Origin: Lama glama
Taxonomy: Eukaryota
Assembly (NCBI GenBank): GCA_028534125.1
Contig: CM052816.1
Span: forward strand, 11,348,001 to 11,412,000
DNA length: 64,000 nucleotides
Direction of reading: 5' to 3'
The translations under genes were made by a program, and so were the position numbers. Below are positions 12,589 to 26,810 of the stretch, one piece after another. Positions within the stretch are counted from its first letter, which is position 1; the number at the start of each line of letters is the position of its first letter. The notes under the pieces are model-generated. The model saw only the letters and a program-made list of their open reading frames with translations, did not search any database and was not told the origin of the DNA.

Positions 12589-14028
12589 AATTGAATTTTA
12601 AGATATTTGGGTAGCACATATGACAAGTGAGAAACTGTCCCAGGTCTTCTTGTTCCATTCTTTGTTTCTTAGAGAAGTGTGCAGAGTGCCCTAGGCTATG
12701 TGCAAGGCCCTTAAGCTAAATAAAACGGTACTTGCCATCAAATGCATGCCTACTATACGCCACGTACATGATCTTGTTGAATCCTCAGGGCAACTGTGGA
12801 GGTAGGATATTTTAAATCCAATTTTACGGGAGAGGAGACCAGAGTTCAGGGCTGGGACAAGTTGTGTTTTCCAAGGTCAAACAACTAGAAAGCAGCTGAG
12901 GCACATTTGAACTTAAGTGTACCTGAATCTAAGCTCTGATCTCTTTCCAATAAATGAAGAACTTGCTGAATTTGATAGCAAATGGATAGCTGCTCTGGCT
13001 TAGATGCTGTGACCATCAGCTTCACCCACTACTTCCAAACTCATTCCTATTACTGGTAAGAAAAGATTCTGCCTCTCTGGGGTTACATACAGAGCTAAAA
13101 GCTATGCAGGAAGCTGCAATAGCTACTTTATTTTGATACCTGTAGCAGCCCCTGAATAATTATTCAGTTCTTAAAGGAACTACTAAGTGCCCAGCACATA
13201 GCAGGTGCTGAGTGAAGGGTAGCTATACTTATTTCGTTTTTGACATGTTTGCTATGATCCTGAACTGAAATGTTTTAGCCAGTGCATGTCATTTCAAACA
13301 TTTTAATGTTTAAAAATCACCAAGGAATCAGAGTATTAAGGAAAGAAACTAATATAGTTCTTGAGTTCAAAATTAGGTAAACACACAAAAAAACAACATT
13401 TTTCTCCCCCGCCAAGGCAAAGGTATCCTCTTAGTTATTTGATTTGGAATAGATACAGGACAGGCTTCCTCACCATAATAAGAGGTGTTACACACATAAT
13501 GCTGAGACAGAAACAGAAAATTCTATTCCAGGCCTCCAAGCTATAAGGGATTTCAGAGGAAAATCTAATCTAGGGGCTCGGCTCTAAGAAATTCCTTTAC
13601 TAAAATCATTGGAAGCTCTTAGTACAATAATCAAAGTCCTCAATTTGTAGGGACCACACTGAGAGGTAAATGCCTTGGGCGGTGTGGAGGGGACCAAGGA
13701 GATTTAAGGCTGCTCTCGAAAACTATGTTTTTATGTAATCAGTTCACACCTGAGAGTTATGCCTTTACTAGAGAGTGAAACACAGTTAAGATCATATAAC
13801 TTACAGCTACATTTGAGGAGGACTCAAATATGATGGAAGAGATAGGTGAATTCAGTTTAGTCCAATTCAACAAATATGCACCCACCAGGTTTCAAGGAGG
13901 GCACTGGGTTCTGGGGATACAGGGAGAAGCAGCAAGTGCCCCCTAACCTCCAGCGGTTCACACGGAAGTAGGGGGGTAAGATATATATAGAAGTAGTTTC
14001 TTCAGGACCAATTTGAAATCTTTAAGGG

Positions 14029-14360
14029 TGTCTTAGTCTACTGAGGCTTTCATAACAAAATACCATAGACTGGGTAGCATAAAGAGCAGGTATGTATTTT
14101 CTCACAGTTCTGGAAGCTGGAGGTCCAAGATCACGGTGCCAGCATGGCTGGGTCCTGGTAAGGACTCCCTTCCTGGGCTGTAGCCTTCTCTTTTTGTGCT
14201 TATATGGCCCGTCCTCTTCAGATAAGGCCAGCAGTTCTATCAGACCGGGAGCCCAGCCCTATTCTTCATTTAACCTTACTTACCTCTCTCCAGACAGTCA
14301 CACTGGGGGCTGGATCTTCAACATATGGACTTGGGGAGAAACAGTTCAGTCCATAGCAAC
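14029..14360 (-). mobile_element. MLT1-type (ERVL-MaLR) solo LTR
   Basis: Typical MLT1 motifs: cataacaaaataccatagactgggt, ttctcacagttctggaagctggaggtccaagatca, cagttcagtccatagca. Confidence 0.85.
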
Positions 14361-16545
14361 AGGCCCTAACCCACATCATAACAAACATATTAAAACGTAC
14401 CCATACCATATGTTATATCCTTTTTTTGTTGTTGTACAGTAAGGGAAAAGATGTTTATAATTTGCTTTTGAAATTATTTGGCTATGAGTAATTAATTTGT
14501 GATTGCTGCTTCTCAGCATTCATTCATTCTTGGGATTTTTTCCCCCCAAAATGAAAGAATTATAAATTGTTTTCAAATGTAATAAAATATGTGTGAATTT
14601 CAAATTTGACAATTGATGAGACAGATGTAAAGCTAGATTTTTGTGTTTAATTGAGAATTAACTAATTTTTACTTTGCAATTTTTATATTTTGTAGCCAAT
14701 ACTTTTTTTTCCAGGTCTCAAACACTTTTGTAGGCTCTTAAAAAGCTTGCTAGGCCCTAAGCATTGTCTGTAATGCCTAATGGTGTGCGTATTTCATAGC
14801 TCCACTTCACACTTCTAGACAGGTAGTTCCTAACTCCAACCTCTCTTCCAAGTTCTGGTGTAGCATGGCCACCTGTTGGCCAGGATGCTCCTGATGCCAT
14901 ACTGACATTGTAGCCTGGCTGTGTTCCAAGCATCCTCTTCCCAGTTCCACCCTACCTCCTATTACTTGCCATCTCTATTACACTGACATCACCACCTACC
15001 TAATGGGAGACTCAAGCTAGTGCAGTGATCGTCAGTGGTCTCCAAATCCACCTGTATCGGGCTTCAGGCTGGTATCAGGATGACTGCATGGGAACTGCCT
15101 GGGAACCTTGTTATGAATACTGATTTCTGTACCTCTTCCCTGGAGACCTATGCAGTGGTCTGGGGTAAGACTTGGGAATTTGTTTTTCTTAACAAGTTAA
15201 TGGGCTGTCAGATTTGGGAAGTTGTAGACTTGGGTAGTGTTAGTAGAATGAAAAAGAGGTGTGGATTTTAATAACAGTACCCCTTATGATAACACAAAAT
15301 CCCATTGATTTATTGTCCCAAATCAGAGGTTCTCAAAAGGCTCCCCAGCTGTTTCCAAGATGCCCCCAGTGTGTGGCCTTAAGGATGCTCAGGAGTATTC
15401 TGCCCTGGCCCTTGGGCTGTGTGTCTCAGGTGGTGAACTTTGGTGACTATTACTGTAACAACAGCTGTTACAGGAAGAAATTCTCTTGCCTCTTGTTTAT
15501 TTTCCCTTAAGTATGAGTTTGAGGCAGGCTTTTTAATTCTTCATAACACCCTGGAGACCAGGTACGGACTCTTAATGAAGCTTGCCAAAAGGGAAGCACA
15601 AAACAGACCGCATGTAGAGGCTCAGACTCATTCTAGGGACCCTCCACCCTGCTCTTGACCTGCCCCTGCCACGAGGCCGGGTAACAGCTTACCCTTCACG
15701 ATAGGACTGACTCCAGGTATCTCCACGGTAGGAGTTCAGGCAAAACTGACTTTCAGCCCAAAAAGAGAGGGATGTTTTTACTCACCTCACTTTTGAAGCC
15801 CATCCCCTGGGCCTTCATTTCTATTTCAGAATGATTGAGTGGTGTATCTATTCCCTTCAGGGAAAAGCAAACCAAAGTTGTACTTTGTGGTTGCACTAGG
15901 ACAATCATACAGTAGTTCGATATCAAGACATATTCTGAAGTCTGGGTTATTCACTTAAATGATGCTGCCTGTTCAATTTCAGTAGCCTTGTCTAGATTTA
16001 GATGTACCAGCTTAGTCCAATTCCTTATTTGTCTTCAACAAAGGTTCAAAATACCTGGGGTATAGCCTCGCTCAGGATCACCTTGTTACGCATGCTCTGG
16101 GCACAGTAAACTAATTATATGTCTCTCAGTCGACATAATAAACCTGTGAGCTAGTTTTTTCATCTTACATTTGAACAAACAGAAAGCAGAAGAGGGATTA
16201 AACGACTTAACTGAGGTCAAGCTTCCAGGAACGGGCATGCTGGGGTTTGAACTGAAGCCTCTTGGTTCCTAGTTTGTCAATTTAACTATCATGAAACACT
16301 GAGGAAGTAGGCTGAACGTTGAATTTGAGTAACAGGACCTGGAATAATAATGTCATTAATAGAAGTGGGGCAAAAAATTAGAGGAGAAGGTGTGATGGAG
16401 AAGGAGGGAGGGAGACAGTGAGGTCAGCTTGGGCTATGAAATAAGAGCCACTTGGCATCACTGGGTCCCTGCCTGTTTATCCCTCTATCTCAGCCTAATA
16501 CCGTCTTCTTTGTTTCCAAGTTAATCACCATCCTTGACTCTCCAG

Positions 16546-16682
16546 GAGCCAGGCACCAGCCCAGGCTGTGGTGAAGCAGCCTGTCCGGGGAGCCAGTGGC
16601 AGGACCACAGTCACAGCGATTGTCCAGACTGGTGGGGACTGGAGCACCGGCCTCTTCAGTGTCTGCAGAGATAGGAGAATTT
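16546..16682 (+). CDS. PLAC8L1: PLAC8-like 1, coding exon 2
   Basis: Acceptor ctctccag|, 137 nt, (R)SQAPAQAVVKQPVRGASGRTTVTAIVQTGGDWSTGLFSVCRDRRI(C) with the PLAC8-family WSTGL motif. Donor |gtatgt. Phases match both neighbours. Confidence 0.95.
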
Positions 16683-18557
16683 GTATGTTTTCCTCTTCAT
16701 TTAAGTTCTTCTGTACTGTTTTCTTTCCCAAGACATAAGTGAGTATCAAAGCTACATCAGGCCCAAGGACAGAAAGTAAATGGTTTCAGAAAAACTAGAC
16801 TAAACTTCTAGGGACGCAGATGCCCTCCTTGGCAGGAAAAATCTTGTTTTTCACGAATGTGAATGCTTTTATAGAATATGTGGGTGACTTCAAGGAGTTT
16901 TTAAATGACAAAATCCACATAGACAAAGATGTACAAAATGGGCTTTCTCATCTGCAGCTGGTGGGAGAATAAATTGATACAGGCTTCCCAGCGAATGGTT
17001 AGTAAAACATACAAAAAGGACCTCAGGTGTTATGTAGCCTTTGACCTAGTAATTACATTCTTAGGCATTTAGTCTAAGGAAATAAATCATGTACCAAGAT
17101 TTAGCAGCATCATTAGGTTTTGCAGCATTGGTTATAATAGCAACAGTCTGGAACAACCTAAATGTTCACTGGGGGCATCCATACAATGAGTTAATTACAC
17201 AGCCATGAAAAGTCACGTTGTGGAGTAATGCCTACTGGGATGGAAAAATATCTGGCTGCATTTTTAAGTTAAAGAAGCAGATTATAAAACTATACATGTT
17301 AGGCACCATTTTGGGGAAGAAATGTTAAGAAAAATAACTGGAAGGATATAAATACAAATGTCTGCAGCAGGTGTCTCCAGATGGTAGGCTAGTGGATAAT
17401 TTTTCCTTTTGCTTATGTGTCTAGTATTTCTATGAGGAAAATGTAGTAAGTACTCTTATAACAGTAAGATCATAAAATGAAGTCCCCTTTGTTGACTGAA
17501 ATCTTTTCAGACACTAGTGTAGTTATAAAGATGTACCAACAGCACCGTCCTCTAGGTACATGATCTCCCCCTGGGTTTGACGTTCAAAGTGCATTGGTTC
17601 TATTTTCACCTGAGGACATTCTGACCCATCTTTGGTACCACATGTCAGTATCCCCTTCAAGGACCTGATGCTCTTGCCTAGGGAGCAACTTGGTCACAGA
17701 ATCTTTTTTTGGAAGGGGGAAGATCCCTTTAATGGATGAGGGCCAGCCTCTTAAGTTCAATAGACCCTGGATTTAATATTTTTTGAAGAATACGGCTCTC
17801 TCCACCCTTTGGAGGCCTCTGGGAAGATCCGAATTTGTCCTAAATCTTCACAGGATGGATCAGTTCGGAGAGCTCCGAGCTGTTACATGATCCAAATCCT
17901 TATTCAGCCGAAAATCTTGCTGAGGCATAAGCTCTAACAACATTTTTTGGTGCTCTGATCATCCAGGCCTGAGCCTTCACTGTTTGCCTGGGCCTCAGAG
18001 AAGAGACTGCTGAGCACCAAACCCTGTCCTCCATCCCTGTCCCTTTGCCCATCTGACCCAGAGCTCAGCAGGTTTCTTCCTGCCATGGCTGCCCATGTGG
18101 ACTTCTGAGCAGACAACGTGGCGGCCCTTCTCTGGTTCTCTTCCAGATACTCTGATTTTGGTTATCATCTTGTACTGAAGTACAGAGAAGGCAGAATTGC
18201 AATGTGGAGACCTAGCCCCAGATTGGGAAGTGGACCATTTTCCTTTTATAGCTTGTAGTTGGGGGAGTTGAGAGGGGAGGGTCATCAATGCATATCCAAG
18301 TAGGGCAAAGCCTGGAATGTAATGTAGTGGTTAGGAGAACACATTTGTATTGGATATAGACCTCACCTTGAATCTTAACTCTGCCTCTTACTGGCCATTT
18401 GACTTTGAATGAATTCTCAGAGTATTCTTCCACCTTTAAAATGAGGATTTTAAAAAGGTGCTTGAAAGTTTTCAAGATTAAAGCAGATAATGCATAGAAC
18501 TCACTCTTGAACACTGGTGTGGAACATAACTGGATCAGCATTTTTTTAGTTGCATGC

Positions 18558-19002
18558 TGTACTGGGTTAAACAGTGTCCTCCCAAATTTGTCCCCCAAAA
18601 CCTCTGAATGTGACCTTATTTGGAAATAGGGTCTTTGTGTTATAGCGAAGTAAAAAGGTTATATTGGATCAGTGTGGGCCCTAATCCAATGGCTGATGTT
18701 CTTACGAGAAAAGGGAAATTTGTACCCAAACACGTGGAGAAGATGGCCATGTGAAGGCAGGCATGGATGAGAAAAATGCATCTATAAACCAAGGAATGCC
18801 AAGGATTGCCAGCAACCACCAAAAGTTTGGAGAGAGATGTGGAACAGGCTTTCCTTCAGAGCTTCCAGAAGGAACCACCCTGCCAACACATTGATTTCAG
18901 AATTCTAGCCTCCAGAATTCTCCAATAGAGAATAGTTTCTATTGTTTTAAGACACCCCATTTGTGGAGTTTTGTTTTGGCTGCCCTCTGGGAAACCAATA
19001 CA
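18558..19002 (+). mobile_element. MLT1-type solo LTR
   Basis: TG...CA ends with gaatgtgaccttatttggaaatagggtctttg, aaccaaggaatgccaaggattgcc and ttctagcctccagaa. Confidence 0.88.
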
Positions 19003-20389
19003 CTAGCAAATGCTGTATTTCATTAGAAGGCTGTGGGGTAGCTCACAAAGTCAAGAAATCAACTAAACACGAAGTTCAGAAAGGACGAAATGCATTATCA
19101 GGAGCTAGCTGACAATCTGGTCGACTCTGAATGTTTCTATCCTTTTGCTTTCCTGTCTGAGAACTGAAGTTTCAGCAGTCGAGCCCAATTTGATTAGCCT
19201 AGGTTATGCCTGCTGCTTGGCCAGGCCAGGGCATTTTGAATGACAGTTCTCTCAATACTGCCCACAATAGTGAAGGGATAATTTCCTAAATTACGATGGG
19301 GCTGCTGTGCTCATGAAAATCCCAACAATGCACTTAGTGAATCTTAGGAATTAATATTCTTTATTATAAATTTTTATCCTCCAGTATGTTGAGGGCAGAG
19401 AGTTGAGTCAGGAGACTTAAACTGGCTGCTGCCCAGTCCCAAGAGTACCTAAAAAGTTGATCAAAAAAGGACCACTCGTTACCCCTTCTGCGTTAAGCAT
19501 TGCTTAGCTCTGCACCCCACCCCCATTAGTGTTCAGGAGACCAACCACACTGGGTCTTCTGTGGGTTCCCGGCTTGGTCATTTGAGAGAGCATTCTGTCA
19601 AAGGGAGAAGGAAGGACATTTGGAGAATACAGTATTCTTTACAGTTGGGCATGAGCCGTGGAGGAGAGGACAAGGATATACAGTACCAGGTAATCTCAAA
19701 TGTTCTGTGCCCTCATTGTTGTTCCCTGGATAGACCTCCATTTTGTGACTGCTCATCGTGCTTCTAAGCCATTGTCTTGGAAGAGAATTTAGAGGCAGTA
19801 TCACTTAATATACTCAGTACCTGCACCGTAATTCCCAGGGCACTGCTGGAGTATGACTGCCACGAGTCTTGGGTTTTTTTCCCTCCTTTGTTTACTTCAT
19901 TCACAAAGTTTAATTTCAAGCAAATCACTGTGACAATAGTGGTGACAAACTTGGGAACAAAAAGGAGAGCTTCTTTGCACAACTTTGTTTCACATCAGAT
20001 TCCCATCCCAGGACAGTTTTCCATTAGATGTTGGGAATTATTGCTCCAGTTTGTCATCCATTAAGCAAAGGGCACATTATGAACAGCAGTGATTTCCATT
20101 TCTTTTTGACATTTTGCTTCTTCATTTAGTTGTAATTATATTTTTTAACTGGCTCCCTCTTCCCACCTCTGTGCTTTCATCTGAATTCACACTGCAGTGG
20201 GATTAGAAAATGGCTGCTTCTGTGTCCTCTGGACATGTGGCTCCTGAAAGCTCAGATGTGAAGATGAAGCCACGCTGAAATAAGTGGCTGCAAAACAGCC
20301 TTGTGGGCGAAAGGCAGCTGTTCCAGCTGAGGGTGTTTGTGATGTTGCCACAGAGGAGATTTATGTGGGAGGTGTCATCAACATTGTTT

Positions 20390-20670
20390 ATTAATTCAGC
20401 CAATATTTACTGAGCCCCTGCCGATGTGCAGTCATGTGATAGGTGTGACAGGCATCAGTCAGAGAGAATAAGACAGAGATGGCCTCTGAGATGAGATAGA
20501 CAATAAGCAAATAAATTAATCGCAGTCGTGTGAAGTGCCATGGAGGAAATGAATAGTGTGTTTTGAAAGGAAACTGTAGGGGTTGAGTAAAGGATGGCTT
20601 CCCTGAGGACCTGACTGAAGCGGATACCTGAAAGATGGAAAAGAACCAGCCACTCAAACTACCTCCCCTG
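20390..20670 (-). mobile_element. L2 3' fragment
   Basis: attcagccaatatttactgagcccctgccgatgtgc...ggcttccctgagga. Confidence 0.6.
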
Positions 20671-21339
20671 TGGAGGCATCACAAGCACCAGGTGGTAAAG
20701 AGCTTCATATGGACGAGAAAACGTCAGATGCCCAAGGTGGGTAGGGTGAAGTAGGCCAGCATTTTCTTTGGCTTTCTGGAAGCGGAAGGAGGCATGAAAA
20801 GGCCTCTGACTGGGATTCGTGTCCCTAAACTGTTTTTTGGGTAAACTGTACACTCTCTGAGAGCCCGGATCCCTGGTCATGCTCACTGCTCTAAGTACCC
20901 AGAGCACCTGATAAATAGAAGGTGCTTAAAGTATTTCCTGAATGATACATCAATGAATGACTTTTAACCTGTGTTTTCACTTGCTTCCTTCTTTCCTGCA
21001 CTTCAGTGAAAGAATCATAAAGCCTCAGAGTCAGAAGGGATATCATGGTCAGCTGGATTTGCCCCTCACCAGTTTGTCTCAATCCTCTCTGCAGCAGGCC
21101 TGGCAAGGACCTGACAGCCTTGGCTTTCTGAACATTTCCAGGGAGGACGGCTCCTCTCCCTTGGAGCTAGCTCAGTGCTTTAGAAAATATGATTTTGAAT
21201 GGGTTCCCGTGCACATAAGTACCTGGCCCTCTGGTATATGGTGAGCAGGAGCTCCATTCTTGCTCTGCTGCCCCCCTTCTTCCAAGAGGCCAGCACTCTT
21301 ACCTGAGCCCAAATGTAGTCTGTATGCTTGTAAAGATAT

Positions 21340-23180
21340 AAAAATTTTAAATGAGAATAGGTTAATCTTTTTATTATGAAAGTATTGTATAATCACTGTA
21401 AAAAAAGAGAAATACAAAAGGCTATAAAAGAAAAAAGCAGTGTCCTATAATTTTGGCTGTCAGAGATAACCGTTGTAGATATTTTGGTATCTGTCTTTCC
21501 AGACTTTTTCTGTATGTGGTGTGTGTAATTGACACAAATAATAGAACAGTAAACACATATAGTTCTGCATCTTCATTTTGTTTTAGTGTAACGAACAGGC
21601 AATCAGACCACATCGGCACTTCTGGAGCTAATATTTTAAATTACAGCATAGATTTCATTGTATGAATGTACTTAATTTATTCAGAAATTCTTATTAGTGG
21701 ACCTTTATGTGTTTTCCAGACTTTTTGCTGTTTTAAACCAATGCTTTGTGATTATTCTCATACAGATGCCATTTTGCATGTGTGTGAGTTTATCTGCAGG
21801 ATAATTACTGAGGAGTAAACCTGCTGGTCAGGTAGTATGTACAGTTTTAAATCTTGATAAATGTTGCCAAATGGCTTTCCATTTGGAAGTTGTGCTAATT
21901 TACTCTCCCACCCACAATGTATGAGCGTGGCCCATTCCTTTTCTGAGCATCTCTTATTGTTAGATGGTTCTGCGTTTTTGTGATAACTGATCTGAAATGT
22001 GCCTTGCTGCAGTTTCCACCCACCTTTCCTACTTCTGCTCTCTGGGGCTCCACACTCCGGTTTTGTGTAGGTTTCTTCTTTTTATCTCAACTCGCCTGTG
22101 AGTTAGAGAGATGAATAATGAACCACATTCCATGTGTGAGGGTGGAGCTCATCTCAGAACAAGCCAGGAACATTTAGGCTGTGGGTGCTGACATAACCAC
22201 CAGGACTTCGGTGTAAGAGGAAGAGGCTGAATTTATGGCTTGTATCCCTTTTGAGTCTGAGCTGCTTTACAAAAATACATATATATTTGTGCATATACAC
22301 ACGTATGCATATACTTGCATATATATTTTTTTTACTTCACAAATGACACATGAATACATTCACTTTATTTTTAAAAAATGAAACGTTACAGAAAAGGGAA
22401 CCATATTCCTCTTTTTTATTAAATCAGTTGAGAGGGTTTCCTTTCAGATCTTTTCCTATTTATATATGCATCCATTAGTAATATATATTATTTAAACAAA
22501 GCATAAATGGTATTATGCTGCACATATCATTGTGCAATTTGATTTTTTTAACTCAAAATATGTCTTGGAGATTTAGCTCTGTCGGTTCTTAATTAGTCTT
22601 TCACTGAGTTCTTAATTATTACCTAGCGTGATTTGCACCATCATGGTTTATGTACATTTTCCTCTATTAATGCACATTTGTTTTAAATTTGAAGCCACAA
22701 ATAATGCTGTGGTGGATATCCTTGTACCCGCCTCTTTGTGTGCACGTGTAAGCATTACTCTAGGGTAGATAGTAAGTAGTGGAATTACTGGATCCCAGAG
22801 TATTTAAAATTTTACTAGATTCAGCCAAACTGCTTTCCAAAGTGACTGTGCCAATTTCTACTTCTGTCAGTGTATGGAGTACCTATTTCTCCATGGTGCC
22901 ACACAGCATTTGACACTTAAAAACTTAAGAAAAAATTGGCATTCTTATTGGTGATAAATGGTTTCTGATGGTCTTAATATGCATTCCCCTGATTACTAAC
23001 AACATTGAGCAGCTTTTCATATTTGCTGTTGGCCATTTGTGTTTCCTCTTCGGTGAATTACTTGTTCATTGTCCCATGCCTATTTTCTTCTTTTGTTTAA
23101 TCCTTTATATACTGATTTGTAGGAATTCTGTGTGTATTCTGGGTACTTACGCTTGTTCTGTTACATATGCAGCAAAATTT
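21340..23180 (-). mobile_element. Two old L1 3'-region fragments (L1ME-like) with an intervening unassigned stretch
   Basis: aatttactctcccacccacaatgtatgag, ccaaactgctttccaaagtgactgtgccaattt, ggtcttaatatgcattcccctgattactaa. Confidence 0.65.
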
Positions 23181-23589
23181 CCTCCTCGAGACACATTTTT
23201 TTAGAAAGAAATGGAAAATTTTATTCTTGTTAACCTGAGGGTTATAATCTGGGACTTGTAAAAAGTAAATGGAATGTCACTTATTAGACATCCGGTCCAT
23301 GCTCCTCGAGACTCTTAAAGACAGGATTTCATCATCTTACCCTTGTGCACCTCTTGTTGAGCCGTGAGCCAACAGTGTTTATCCTGCTGCACAACTTCGC
23401 AGTACACCTGACCCAAGGATCTTTCGTAAAGAAGTTGTATGATTTCAAACTCTCCCACAGGAGTAAATATTAAGCAGTGGTAGTGAGGACACTGTCTTGG
23501 AACACAAAACTCCACATTGTGGCATCCTAGATAAATACGTAAAACATGAGAACGTATGGGCATATGTGTTATGTGTAGCAGGTAAGACT

Positions 23590-23825
23590 TTGGGGCGAGA
23601 CTACTGGAGTTCGCATCTGGCCTCTGCCCCTTCCTAATAAATATATGACCTCGGGCAAATGACGTAAGTCCTCTGGACATCGGTTTGCTCATCTGTAGAA
23701 CAAGCCTAATAAGTAAATTTTATAGGATTGTAGGATTGTTGTGAGAATTAAGTGAGTTAATAAACGCAAAGTATTTTAGCAGGACTTGGCACATGGTGAA
23801 ATCTGTACAAATATTAGCTATTATA
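23590..23825 (+). mobile_element. MIR SINE
   Basis: MIR core tgacctcgggcaaatgacgtaagtcctctggacatcggtttgctcatctgtagaa...ggattgttgtgagaattaagtgag. Confidence 0.75.
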
Positions 23826-24035
23826 TAATAGAAGTTTGGCTTTCATAGTGTTTTCTTATCATATCTGACTTCTGCCCCAAGGTAATTGAATTTTGGGCGT
23901 GTTTCCTTTAGTATCTAGTACTGCCTTCTAACTACACTTAGATAACATGGATATATGATGGAAAGGATTAAAGATAAAGTTAACAGCGTGTGTCATTAAA
24001 AAAGTCATATGAGTCAAAAAAGTAAGGTACAGAAA

Positions 24036-24187
24036 GGGGAGAGTATAGCTCAGTGGTAGAGTGAGTGCTTAGCATGCACAAGGCATGGTTCAATTTCTAG
24101 TAACTTCATTTAAAATAAATAAGAAAATAAACAAATACATAAGCATAATTACCATCCCCCCAAAAAAGTTAAAAAAATAAAAATAAA
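24036..24187 (+). mobile_element. tRNA-derived SINE (Vic-1-like), diverged
   Basis: ggggagagtatagctcagtggtagag head and A-rich tail. TSD core aaggtacag at 24024-24032 and 24190-24198. Confidence 0.85.
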
Positions 24188-25019
24188 GGAAGGTACAGGA
24201 GTTCCAAGGCACAGAACAAGAACTTCTTTATAATGTACTTACTGAGGATGGTGGGCATGTCTCTGCCAGTTAAAGTAGAGCAGTTCAGGCAATGTATAAA
24301 CATCATTTATTATTCATTTAGATTACCAGATTTATAATTATGCAATTTTTGATTAATTTTTTATTTGCAGAGATTTTACACTGCAGTATTTTGTAATCCA
24401 TGCATGCAATGAGACTTGATTGATTTTTGTATGCCATGATTCAAAATCCCCTAATTCAAGGTCACATGTGGTATGACCACTCTGAACTCACTGCAAGTTC
24501 ATGGGCCACTTGCTGTCTTCTGACCTGTTCGTAGCAGTTGTCAGTGCTAATCTCACTAGGAGTAACGATTTCTTTTTTTAATGTGGGACAAAACATCCCA
24601 GACAAGGCTGAATTGTGTTTGCTTTGGACCAATGATGCCTACATGATTTAGCAATTATCTTAAATTCCTGATGAGCTGGATGAAACAGATGTTCTGCTCC
24701 TCGCAGATAGGCTACTCCTTGTCCTCCTGCCCCGCCAGTCCTCATGCTCTATGTGCACATGTGCTACCTCACCCCCCATGTGAAATTGCAGGAGTCCAGA
24801 GTCCAGGCATATCCCTTGAAGGTTCTAAGATAAAACAGTGTTCCTTGATTTTTGCTTCTTTGGCACTGAATTTGGGAGTAAGACTCCATACTCCTCACTG
24901 TTGAGGAGGGAGGGAGGGATGAGGCAGCAGAGATAGGTCTTTGACAGGAAATTCTCCTAGTGTACTAGTGACCTGGTATGTGAATCTTTGTATCTGGTCC
25001 ACTAGAAGGCTATGATCAC

Positions 25020-25700
25020 TACCAGTTCATACTCCTCATTGGAATGGATAAAATAAAAAAGACTGACAATAGCAAATGTTGGTGAGGATGTAGAACAGCA
25101 AACTCTCATACATTGCTAGTGAGAGTGTAAATTGGTAAAAATACTTTGGAGAACTGTTTGTGAATTTCTGGTGAAATTAAACATAAATCTACCCCATAAA
25201 CTAGCAATTCCTCTTCCAGGAATCCACCCTAGTGAAATGAAAATGTTTGTCCACGTAAGAAATTTTATATGAATATTCATGATACTCACCATAGTAGCAA
25301 AAAATGGAATAATCAATGAGAGAAAGGATAAACAATTTGTGGAATATTTATAGACTGGAATATTACTTAACAATAAAAATGACAAACTAAAGATAGACAT
25401 AACCGCATAGATGAATCTCAAGAAACATGATGTTGAACAAAAGAAGCCAGTTACAAAAGTAAACATGATTCCATTTATATAAAGTACAAGAAGAGGTAAA
25501 ACTCATCTATGGAAATAGAAATCTGAATAGTGGTTGTGTCTGGAGTGGGGGTGGGAGGATTGGGATTGTCTGGGAAGGGATGCGAGGGAACTCTGGGATG
25601 AGGGCAATGTTCTGCACATTTGGTTACTTGGGTGAATATGATTGTCCAAACTCATCCAGCTGAACATTTATGATCTGTGCATTTTCTTTTACCTTATAAA
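25020..25700 (+). mobile_element. Old L1 3' end
   Basis: aaaaagactgacaatagcaaatgttggtgaggatgtagaac...ctctcatacattgct...tgattccatttatataaagt. Confidence 0.8.
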
Positions 25701-26673
25701 TATGGCTCAATAAGATTTATTGAATACATTTTTAAAGGTTATGGTTAGTGCTTTTTTTTTTCCTGTTTTATAGTTCTAATTATTTGTATTCATCAAGGTT
25801 GTCATCTTTTGCAATACTAGATGACATAACATGTTAATCGTATACCAGTATCCTAACCTGTGGTCCAGTGATCGTTTTCAGTGGATCTTTGAGTCCCGTG
25901 AAGTTGAATGCACAATTTTGCATATCTTTGTGCATGTATTTTGCTCTTCCCTTGAGGAGCAAGTTCATAGCTATCATCATATACTCAAAAGGGTCTGTGA
26001 CCCAAAACGTATTTAAAACAGAACCTCTGTGTTAGATGGTTCATGCAGAGTCTGTAGGAAACAACCAGTAGTTAAAGATGAATGAATGAATGAATAAATG
26101 ACAAACTGTTTCCAGTTGACGTTCAAGGAACCAAGCGTCTACGGCAGGTGTCAGTGGCTCCATGAAACTAGCAAACGTTAGAGTAACCTTCTGGCCTGAG
26201 AAATAGAAGAGTCCTGATAAGAATAGCATGCAGAATCAGTGTACAATAAAGGAGCTTTCGATCACATTTATAGAGAAAGACGCCTGCTATTCAAAAGTAT
26301 CATATACTGAGTCTATTTTAAATATTGAAATTAGGTGAATGTAATAGAAGCAACGGCTATGTTTCAACCATAAAAAAATTATTTAATGCTTCTCTCTTGA
26401 CAGGAAAAACAATTACCATAGTGAATGCTAACAGAATTGTAGCAGGTTCAGCTTTGCCGGTGTTTAACAAAAGAAGACAATTTTAATGTGGCTCAGTTAC
26501 GGCAATTTTCACACACTGAGTTTTGAGAATTGGTTATTCAGTCTCCGTCCCTGATTGCAGGGAGACAATGCAGCATTAAATTGATTGCATAGGGTTGTAA
26601 ATGCTCTTTGAGATGTGAAGTTGCTCCATGTACATCTGAGAACCTTGGCTTGCTTTTATGTGGCTATTGACAG

Positions 26674-26810
26674 GTTTCTGTGGTCTCCTTTGCCCCATGT
26701 GTCTTGAGTGTGACATCGCCAGGCATTATGGAGAGTGTTTTTGTTGGCCATTGTTACCTGGGTCCACCTTTGCAGTGAGAATTGGCACCAGAGAGAGACA
26801 TAAAATACAG
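26674..26810 (+). CDS. PLAC8L1: PLAC8-like 1, coding exon 3
   Basis: Acceptor ttgacag|, 137 nt, (C)FCGLLCPMCLECDIARHYGECFCWPLLPGSTFAVRIGTRERHKIQ, the Cys-rich PLAC8 domain. Donor CAG|gtaagt. Confidence 0.96.
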